Shown in pieces: positions 1 to 6,138 of a stretch of 24,000 nt of DNA. A program made the translations under genes and the position numbers. Every line of letters begins with the position of its first letter. Within the stretch, counting starts at the first letter, position 1. Below the pieces are notes generated by a model. The model worked only from the letters and a program-made list of their open reading frames with translations, did no database searches and was not told the origin of the DNA. This DNA is from Citrifermentans bremense (lineage in GTDB: Bacteria; Desulfobacterota; Desulfuromonadia; Geobacterales; Geobacteraceae), in NCBI RefSeq assembly GCF_014218275.1, contig NZ_AP023213.1, positions 4,002,954-4,026,953 of the forward strand, read 5' to 3'.

Positions 1-728
1 ATGTAGGGGGAGATGAAAGAGATGACCGAGGCGATGGCGGTCGGGAAGGCGATCCCGCTCATGCCGCCGAAAAGATAGCCACCCCTTTTCGTCACCAGGA
101 ACCATGCTCCGGATGCAAGCGTCGCGGCCATTACGCCAAAGAAGGAGAGCGCCATGGGAGCCGCAGGCGCGGAGACAATGCCGGAAGCCAGGGTCTTCGA
201 ACCCTTGCTGAAGAGACTGCCGCAGCACGAGGTGATGATGTCGGGGTTGAGCCTCCAGAAATAGACGCCCTGCGTTGTGGTTTCGGCGAGGATCAAAGGG
301 ACCATCAGCAACAGCAGCCAGTACTTCACCCGGATCAAGGGGTAGTCGCGCCCTTCGTTGTCGGCATGGTTCAGGATGAGCCAGATCCCTGCCAGCAGGA
401 AAGTCACAACCTTCAAGAGCAACGCGGGGTATCCGAAAGCGTTCACCTTCAAGGCACCGGCCGCGCACATGGCGCCGGTGAAGAGATGACTGATGCCGTC
501 GACGGTCCCTATGAACAAAAACAGGGAGAGGAGTTGCAACGGCAGGAATACAGCGACGATGGTAGAGATGAGATAGGTCCGCCGCTCAAGGGCGAGCTGC
601 AGTTCGCTTCCGCTGGCGAGGTCCCAGTGGCGGATGATCGCTGTTCCTTCTTTTGCCGCGACGAGCAGCATCGCGCTCACCAGGAAAGAGCAGACCTGCA
701 GGGCGACTATTCCCGGGGCGAGTGTCAC
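1..728 (-). CDS. polytopic integral membrane protein, partial (3' end runs off the left edge); last visible gene of the NosL/ABC operon
   Basis: My translation of the minus strand from GTG (728-726) stays open to position 1, about 242 codons: VTLAPGIVALQVCSFLVSAMLLVAAKEG...HLFTGAMCAAGALKVNAFGYPALLLKVVTFLLAGIWLILNH...DIITSCCGSLFSKGSK...AFPTAIASVISFISPY. It has several long hydrophobic segments. The GTGA start/stop overlaps the upstream ATPase stop (725-727), and GGGAG lies about 9 nt upstream. It is absent from the ORF track because no stop lies in the window. I do not recognise the family. Confidence 0.55.
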   Translation of the reverse strand, partial: MTLAPGIVALQVCSFLVSAMLLVAAKEGTAIIRHWDLASGSELQLALERRTYLISTIVAVFLPLQLLSLFLFIGTVDGISHLFTGAMCAAGALKVNAFGYPALLLKVVTFLLAGIWLILNHADNEGRDYPLIRVKYWLLLLMVPLILAETTTQGVYFWRLNPDIITSCCGSLFSKGSKTLASGIVSAPAAPMALSFFGVMAATLASGAWFLVTKRGGYLFGGMSGIAFPTAIASVISFISPY

Positions 729-1411
729 GTATCCATACTCCCGGTCACGATCCGGCCGTCACGCATCTCCACTACCCGGTCGATGAAATCGCAGCCGTAG
801 ACGACGGGGTCGTGGCTGGCGAGGATAACCGCGGTCCCTGCCTCCTTCACCTCCTTCATAAGTGCCATGAAGTCGCAGGAAAGCTTCGTGTCAAGGTGCG
901 CAGTAGGCTCGTCGGCTATGATGACGGCCGGGCTGTTGATCATGGCGCGCGCGATCGCCACCCTCTGTGCCTCCCCTCCGGAAAGCCACTCAACCTTGGC
1001 CTCGGCGCGCCGCTTCAGGTCCAACCGCTCCAGGATATCGAGGGCCCTTTGCCTGAGCAGGCAAAAAGGCTCCCCTTCCGGGTAGGCGGGCGCCATGACA
1101 TTCTCCAGCACGGATATGCCGTTGATCAGGTTGTGGCGCTGAAAGACGAACCCGAAAGTCGATCTCCGGATTCTGGTGAGAAACCGCTCCGGCAGGCTGG
1201 TGATCTCCTCTTCCTTTACGAAGATCCGGCCGGATGTGGGGCGGGCCATACACCCGATCAAGGAGAGGAGCGTCGTCTTTCCCGAACCGCTGGGCCCAAC
1301 CAGTGCCGTGGCCTGATCAAGCCCCATTTCGAGGCTTACCTCCCGGAGCGCGCACAGTTCGTTCGGTCGACCGCCGTTGAATACCTTCATCACGTTCTGA
1401 ACGGAAATCAT
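725..1411 (-). CDS. ABC transporter ATP-binding protein (MacB/LolD/FtsE-like ATPase partner of an FtsX-type permease)
   Basis: 228-aa ORF with Walker A GPSGSGKTT, ABC signature LSGGEAQRVAIARA and Walker B VIIADEPTAHLD. It lies 7 nt downstream of the FtsX permease gene. Confidence 0.9.
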   Translation of the reverse strand: MISVQNVMKVFNGGRPNELCALREVSLEMGLDQATALVGPSGSGKTTLLSLIGCMARPTSGRIFVKEEEITSLPERFLTRIRRSTFGFVFQRHNLINGISVLENVMAPAYPEGEPFCLLRQRALDILERLDLKRRAEAKVEWLSGGEAQRVAIARAMINSPAVIIADEPTAHLDTKLSCDFMALMKEVKEAGTAVILASHDPVVYGCDFIDRVVEMRDGRIVTGSMDT

Positions 1412-1418
1412 AAGGCCT

Positions 1419-2543
1419 TCACCTCATCACCACATCTGGGTCGATTGTTGCGGCACGCCAGGAAGGGATTATGACAGCGACGGTATAGGGGACCACCGTC
1501 AGGAAGAAGAGCGCCGCGAGCTGCCGGAGATCGACGGATGGCTGGAGCCTGAAACTGGGGTAGAGGGTCGACCATCCTTTCAGGACCGGGAGGAAAAGCG
1601 CGGAGGAAAAGAAAAAGACATGGAGGTAGGCGAGGATGCTTCCGGCGAGGAAAGCCGAGAGCGAAACGACGATCCCCTCCCAGAACTTCATTAGCAACAC
1701 GTCGGACGTGTCCCACCCGACTGCCTTCAGGATGCCTATCTCTCTTCTCTCCTCGGCGGAGATCCCCGTAGCCTTGTCCCAGGCGAAGATGAAGAAGGCG
1801 AGACCCGCCCCGCTGAAGATGACCAGCAGCAGCGAAGAGCGCCAGCCATATATGGCGTCGTAGGTCCGCCGCATCTCCTCGCGCAAGATGGGACGCGCAC
1901 CGGGGAAAAGACGGGTGATCTTCTCCGCTACGGTCCGCTGCTCGCGGGGATTAGGCACCCGCACAACGAGATCCGTCGCCTGGCCTGCGGGCATACCGGT
2001 GAGCTTCCGGAAGTCCTTTTCCGAAAGGACCATGAGGTCGGCGGTCAAAAGCTGCGAATCGGAGGAGAGCGTCTTTCGGATGGTGAAGGGATGCGGCAGC
2101 CCGTCGTGCCCTGAAAGGGAGATGATGTCGCCGGGATAGGCGCCGCGTGTACGGGAAACGGCGCTGCCCAGGTCGATGCTTCCTTCAGGCGACTCGCCCC
2201 CTACAGGCACCAGGAGGGTGTAGTTGGCCGCAAACGCGCTATCGTAGCGGTATCCCCAAAGCCGAGGCGCTGCCGAGGCGACGCCGCGGATGGCGCCGAT
2301 TGTGTGTCGCCAATCCACCGGGACCGGATGAGGCCGTCCGGCGAGGGTGTTTTGGACCACGATATCAGGGGCGTCTTCGAGCAGCAGCGACGCCTCGTGC
2401 TGCAAGGCATGGGTGAAGAGCAAAACAGAAGCGACTGCGAACACCACCAGGGTATAGACAACCAGCAAGGCGGCATTTTTCCCCTTTCTCCGGAGAAAGG
2501 ACGCCAGTGTGAAGTCGAGGATGTAGCGCTGGCGTTCAATCAC
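1419..2543 (-). CDS. FtsX/MacB-type ABC permease (N-terminal TM helix, about 200-aa periplasmic domain, C-terminal 3-TM FtsX domain)
   Basis: The ORF track gives 1419..2555 from a TTG with no SD. I prefer the GTG at 2543, which has GGGAG 5 nt upstream. The topology is typical of the family: TM1 ALLVVYTLVVFAVASVLLF, a large soluble middle region, then a C-terminal block REIGILKAVGWDTSDVLLMKFWEGIVVSLSAFLAGSILAY. Confidence 0.85.
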   Translation of the reverse strand: MIERQRYILDFTLASFLRRKGKNAALLVVYTLVVFAVASVLLFTHALQHEASLLLEDAPDIVVQNTLAGRPHPVPVDWRHTIGAIRGVASAAPRLWGYRYDSAFAANYTLLVPVGGESPEGSIDLGSAVSRTRGAYPGDIISLSGHDGLPHPFTIRKTLSSDSQLLTADLMVLSEKDFRKLTGMPAGQATDLVVRVPNPREQRTVAEKITRLFPGARPILREEMRRTYDAIYGWRSSLLLVIFSGAGLAFFIFAWDKATGISAEERREIGILKAVGWDTSDVLLMKFWEGIVVSLSAFLAGSILAYLHVFFFSSALFLPVLKGWSTLYPSFRLQPSVDLRQLAALFFLTVVPYTVAVIIPSWRAATIDPDVVMR

Positions 2544-2844
2544 GGGGGCTCCCAAACAGGTGCGGGGGGGGCTGCATCAGCGTGCCGCTGGGGAAGTGCT
2601 CAAGTGACAGGGGGGAGTCCTGGAAAGCCGACGCCGTGCCGGTGATGCCGGGGTTTCTGGTATAGCCGGTCTCGGTAAAGACACAGAGGTCGGTCAATTG
2701 CAACTGTCTCGCCAACAGCGCGTTGGCAGCAACGACCGGGGCTGCGGAGTTGGCTCGCTGCCGGGCATGTACCAGCAGGCCCGCCAGGATCAAGGCGAGA
2801 AAGGCAACTGCGTTCAGGAAAAGTGCTGATTTTCGGCAGGTCAT
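2536..2844 (-). CDS. small membrane-anchored hypothetical protein (102 aa)
   Basis: Its ATG overlaps the NosL stop (ATGA at 2841-2844) and its stop overlaps the FtsX GTG start (GTGATTGA). It has an N-terminal hydrophobic anchor ALFLNAVAFLALILAGLLV. Codon style matches the neighbours. No family recognised. Confidence 0.5.
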   Translation of the reverse strand: MTCRKSALFLNAVAFLALILAGLLVHARQRANSAAPVVAANALLARQLQLTDLCVFTETGYTRNPGITGTASAFQDSPLSLEHFPSGTLMQPPPHLFGSPRD

Positions 2845-3329
2845 CGCTCAAGCAGGGAGAGCACCGCAGGCGTCACGTCCTGGAACCTGAACAGGTGTTT
2901 CCCCTCATGGTCCTTCAGGAAGTCCTCTGCCTCCGACCTGTTGGCAAAGGGTATCAGTTCGCGTCCCATCGGGCCGTACACGTCGCTCCCCGCGACGTAC
3001 AGCGCCTTTTTCCCGTCGATCAGGTTCAGCTCGTAGTAGTTGGTCACATAGACGGCCGAAACGTCAGAGGCATGGAGGCCCGGTGCATAGCGGGCAACGT
3101 TGAAATAGAACATGAACATGTCTTTGGCGCCGTCGAAGTGGAAGACTTGGCCATCGTGGAACTTGACCTGGGCGGCGAAGTCGGGATATTTCGCAACGAA
3201 CATCCCGCAGACGGGGCACCTGTCCTTTGGCCCCACCTTGTCCGACCTGATCGTGGCCGCCAACCCCAGCGCCGCGACCAGGAACGGCGCGAGGCAGACG
3301 GACAGGTAGTTAAGGAAGCGGCGGATCAT
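2841..3329 (-). CDS. NosL-family protein (putative Cu(I)-binding periplasmic/lipoprotein chaperone)
   Basis: 162 aa with a signal/anchor segment. It has the CPVCGMFVAKYPDF motif followed by FDGAKDMFMFY and GSDVYGPMGRELIPF, which I recall as the typical NosL-family pattern. An ATGA overlap joins it to the upstream gene. Confidence 0.8.
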   Translation of the reverse strand: MIRRFLNYLSVCLAPFLVAALGLAATIRSDKVGPKDRCPVCGMFVAKYPDFAAQVKFHDGQVFHFDGAKDMFMFYFNVARYAPGLHASDVSAVYVTNYYELNLIDGKKALYVAGSDVYGPMGRELIPFANRSEAEDFLKDHEGKHLFRFQDVTPAVLSLLER

Positions 3330-3841
3330 CTGGGTCCCCCGCTCGCCCCTCGCTTGGCTTTGCGCCTTTCCCTGATCGCCTTCGTGTCCTTGTACATGTC
3401 AAGGTAAGCGGCGCTCACTGACTCCTCGAAAGTGGCGAGCTTACCGCCGTTTTCCTTTACAAAGCGTTCCGCCCCTTCCTTGGTTTCGAAGGCCCATTTG
3501 GCATTGGCGGACATCACCCCCTGGCGGCTCCCTCCGATGACCCAGGACGCGGTTTCAGCGTCGATGAGGCTTTTGCTGCCGTAATCGCCCACGTAGATGT
3601 GCAACGGGGTCCTGTCTATATTTACGGCAAGATCGACGGCCGCACAGTGAAGGCTGCAGGTCGCCACGGAGGAGCCGTCGCCGTATTCGATGAGCATTCT
3701 GCTATGGCCGAACTTTGCCCTGTCCATCCCACAGTAGTTGCAGGTCGGGTACATGTCGACATCAGGGGATGCGGCCAGGGCAATCCCGGCGATTGAGGCA
3801 ACGAGCATGCTGACGATGATAAATCCTCTGAATGCTTTCAT
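3326..3841 (-). CDS. NosL-like protein, second paralogue
   Basis: 171 aa with signal peptide MKAFRGFIIVSMLVASIAGIALA. It has a CNYCGMDRAKFGHSRM motif and a second Cys pair, CSLHC, plus a basic C-terminal tail. An ATGA overlap joins it to the TlpA-like gene. Confidence 0.75.
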   Translation of the reverse strand: MKAFRGFIIVSMLVASIAGIALAASPDVDMYPTCNYCGMDRAKFGHSRMLIEYGDGSSVATCSLHCAAVDLAVNIDRTPLHIYVGDYGSKSLIDAETASWVIGGSRQGVMSANAKWAFETKEGAERFVKENGGKLATFEESVSAAYLDMYKDTKAIRERRKAKRGASGGPR

Positions 3842-4347
3842 CTGGCGCCTCCTCCCTGGTCGACCTGCTGGATTAGCTTCTCGAGCTTGGACGCCGGGAT
3901 CTGTCCAAGCACCTTCTGCCTCAGAATACCGTTTCTGTCCAGTATGAACGCCGTCGGGAAGGAAAAGACCATGAAGTCCTTCGCCAAGGTGGAACCCCCA
4001 TCGACCAGTATCGGGACCGAGAGCCCGCTGGTTGCCGCTATGGAAGCCACTTCTTTTTCCTCGTCGAGCACATTTATTGCTATGACCGCAACGCCCTTGT
4101 CCCTGTTTCTGCGAAAGACCGGCTCAAGGTCCTGTTTCAGGGTGTCGCCGCAGCAGGAATTGGTCCAGAAAAAAAGCACGACCACCTTCCCCTTGAGGGC
4201 CTCAAGGGAGACGGTGTTGCCGTTGATGTCCCTTCCGGAGACCGGTGGAGGCTCCTCGCCCACCTTCAGCATCTTCCTGTCGCACCCCCAACAAAGGATG
4301 GCGAGGCAGAAAACAATGAGGAAGAAGCGGCAGGTTGGTCGAGCCAT
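3838..4347 (-). CDS. TlpA/ResA-like thioredoxin-fold protein with a non-canonical active site (SCCGD instead of WCxxC)
   Basis: 169 aa with an N-terminal hydrophobic leader ending in CWGC. The redoxin fold signature is GKVVVLFFWTNSCCGDT ... cis-Pro motif FPTAFILDRNG. GGAG lies about 9 nt upstream of the ATG. Confidence 0.85.
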   Translation of the reverse strand: MARPTCRFFLIVFCLAILCWGCDRKMLKVGEEPPPVSGRDINGNTVSLEALKGKVVVLFFWTNSCCGDTLKQDLEPVFRRNRDKGVAVIAINVLDEEKEVASIAATSGLSVPILVDGGSTLAKDFMVFSFPTAFILDRNGILRQKVLGQIPASKLEKLIQQVDQGGGAR

Positions 4348-4374
4348 CTGGTGGTTCTCCAGGTGAGATTTATT

Positions 4375-4626
4375 CTACTGCCGGCGAATCAGGCGGAGGG
4401 TTCGATCTATGGTTTCGGCGGTCACCGACGCATCGAAGCAACCGGCACCCGCATAGGCGTCGTAATCGCGAACCTGGGCAAGCAGCAACTCAACCAGTTC
4501 ATGCCGGTGTCCATGCAGCTCAGGCGCATTCGCCACCTCGAGCACTCCTGCAAGAAGCCAGTCCGGAAAATCACCCTCTTCGTTTTTGCTGACTGCTGCA
4601 GCTTTGAGTTCCCCGAACAGATCCAT
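4375..4626 (-). CDS. small acidic hypothetical protein (83 aa from the preferred start)
   Basis: The ORF track gives 4375..4653. The internal ATG at 4626 has AGGAG 5 nt upstream, whereas 4653 has no SD. It sits 27 nt upstream of the TlpA-like gene on the same strand. No family recognised. Confidence 0.45.
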   Translation of the reverse strand: MDLFGELKAAAVSKNEEGDFPDWLLAGVLEVANAPELHGHRHELVELLLAQVRDYDAYAGAGCFDASVTAETIDRTLRLIRRQ

Positions 4627-4806
4627 CGCGTCTCCTGGCAACTCTATGTGCATGGGTGGGCTGTCGGGAAACTAGCATAAATCTAGCGGAAATAAAATAA
4701 ATTCATTACGGTGACCGATAGACCACGGAACCTTCTCCGCAGCCATCCTGGTAGCGCAGCAAACCGCCGCGAGGCGCCCGATAAGATGATTAAATGTTTT
4801 CTCCGC

Positions 4807-4834
4807 TTGACGATACATTGGTTGATGTTAATTT
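4807..4834 (+). promoter_or_regulatory. sigma70-type promoter candidate for the FN3-domain gene
   Basis: TTGACG (4807-4812), a 16-nt spacer, then TAATTT (4829-4834), preceded by an extended -10 TGn (4826-4828). It lies about 50 nt upstream of the ATG at 4884. Confidence 0.35.
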
Positions 4835-4883
4835 TTCTCAGACACAGATAACACCAACGCCTGCGAACACGAGGGGAGGCATA

Positions 4884-5531
4884 ATGAACTTTATCCTGCA
4901 AACGAGCTTCAAAGACGACACCGATGGCGACCTCATCTTAAGGGTGAGGCATATGGCCAATATACTAGACAACCTCGATGCCTACAAAACCGAGCTCCCA
5001 CCGTGGATACCCGGAGGGAAGCAGTTCCGGGAGCACGCCGACAGGTTGGAGGAAGTGGTCAACTTACCCGGTTCGGGTAAAACGAAAGAAGAAGAGAGGA
5101 TAGCCGTGCGGGAAGAGACCGTTAAGACTGTCAACTTCGCTGTGCAGTATATCACTATGTACTCAACTCACATAAACGACCCAAGCCTCCTGGAGAACCT
5201 CGGACTGGAAATCAAACATAAGACTTATTCCAGAAACCGGAAGCTCCCTGGAAAAGTGGAAAAATTAATTGCCAAAGACGACGCTGAGAAATCGGGTGCC
5301 ATGGTGATCCAAGTGAACAATGGCATTGGCAAAAAAGGAAGCGTGGAGTTGCAGATAACGGAAGGGGATCCCACCGATGAAGCGTCGTGGAGGATCGTCG
5401 ACTATTATTTCACCTGTAAATTCCATGTGGAAGGACTGGAGCCCGTGAGAAGGTACCACCTAAGGGCTAGGTTCAAGAATTCGGAAGGTAACGGGCCTTG
5501 GTCAGACGTTGCCACCGTTGTCGTCAGCTGA
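4884..5531 (+). CDS. hypothetical protein with a C-terminal fibronectin type III-like domain
   Basis: The start is set at the internal ATG 4884 (GGGGAGG 5-6 nt upstream), because the ORF-track start 4794 lies upstream of the predicted promoter. The C-terminal roughly 90 aa have the FN3 pattern: ...GAMVIQVNNG...SWRIVDYYFTCKFHVEGLEPVRRYHLRARFKNSEGNGPWSDVATVVVS. No signal peptide. GC is visibly lower than in the neighbours. Confidence 0.7.
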   Translation: MNFILQTSFKDDTDGDLILRVRHMANILDNLDAYKTELPPWIPGGKQFREHADRLEEVVNLPGSGKTKEEERIAVREETVKTVNFAVQYITMYSTHINDPSLLENLGLEIKHKTYSRNRKLPGKVEKLIAKDDAEKSGAMVIQVNNGIGKKGSVELQITEGDPTDEASWRIVDYYFTCKFHVEGLEPVRRYHLRARFKNSEGNGPWSDVATVVVS

Positions 5532-5554
5532 CAGTCACCTTTAAGTGAAACCTG

Positions 5555-5589
5555 ACGCGGTTGCATCGTCCGATGCAGCCGCGTTTTTA
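5555..5589 (+). terminator. rho-independent terminator of the FN3-domain gene
   Basis: ACGCGGTTGCATCG / CGATGCAGCCGCGT form a GC-rich hairpin with one G-U pair, followed by TTTTT (5584-5588). Confidence 0.8.
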
Positions 5590-5714
5590 TTCCCGCGGCA
5601 GAAACTCGGCAGCCGGTAGAGATCTTTCCCCCCAAGATGCCCCTCTTGCGACAAAGGAAGTCAAGTCCCTCCCCTCTAAAGCCAACTCCCGCAGTAAAAA
5701 GTCAAAACTAAACA

Positions 5715-6045
5715 GGAAGAATGCATCTTCCGCCGAAGTTTTGCTATTTGCAGCCTCGGAATTGGCAATTTTTCGCCGGGGGAATACTTTCCGGCGCTGA
5801 AAATGGCATTTCCGGCCATGTAAAGTGCATTCGCCGGGCAAAAAAGGTAAAAAGTTGAACGGGAATTGCCTTCTCTGCTTCGGGGAAGGTAAAAGTTGTC
5901 GCGGGAAATGCATTACTCGGAGCAGAATAGGCAAAAAGTTTGTCGGAGATGCCATTGCCGGCTGCGGGAATGGCATCTTGATCGCAAAAGATGCCTTGCC
6001 GTCCGGCAGACATTGCCGCCGCGTCGTAACTGCCGAAGTTCCTTG
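5715..6045. repeat. array of about 12 degenerate copies of a GGGAAT-GCATT-CCGCCGG-like motif, phased at multiples of about 21 bp
   Basis: Copies start near 5715, 5757, 5778, 5799, 5822, 5861, 5903, 5945, 5966, 5987, 6008 and 6027. The spacings are 42, 21, 21, 23, 39, 42, 42, 21, 21, 21 and 19. A second motif, GGYAAAAAGTTG, at 5846, 5888 and 5930 (42-bp period) fills the wide gaps. The region is non-coding and lies between the terminator and dacB. Confidence 0.6.
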
Positions 6046-6138
6046 ACTCGCCTGAACACTTAGCTCTATCTTTTAGGCCTTTCAAGCATGAACAAAGCTA
6101 TGACCGGCTGTTTTCTTTACCTGAGGAGGCGTAAAGCC

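Noticed and set aside
653-1474. 273-aa plus-strand ORF antisense to the ABC ATPase gene, and similar ORFs antisense to the FtsX and NosL genes (for example 2823..3407 +, 3887..4366 +).
   Set aside because: These are shadow ORFs opposite genes with clear Walker, FtsX, NosL or redoxin signatures.
4794-4883. Upstream ATG at 4794 as the start of the FN3-domain protein (245-aa form).
   Set aside because: It has no SD, and the extension (MFSPLDDTLVDVNFSQTQITPTPANTRGGI) would be encoded across the best promoter-like element (4807-4834). ATG 4884 has a strong GGGGAGG SD.
5715-6045. Possibility that the repeat array is a CRISPR array.
   Set aside because: The repeats are short, highly degenerate and directly abutting in places. 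There are no unique spacers of constant length, no cas genes and no leader.
5561-6085. ORFs within the repeat array (5561..5800 +, 5825..6046 +, 5587..5976 -, 5744..6085 -), some with periodic peptide patterns such as (A/M)xP every 7 or 14 aa.
   Set aside because: The periodicity simply mirrors the 21/42-bp DNA repeat. The starts are GTG/TTG without an SD, and all frames are open to a similar extent. I treat the region as non-coding, though a repeat protein cannot be fully excluded without homology search.
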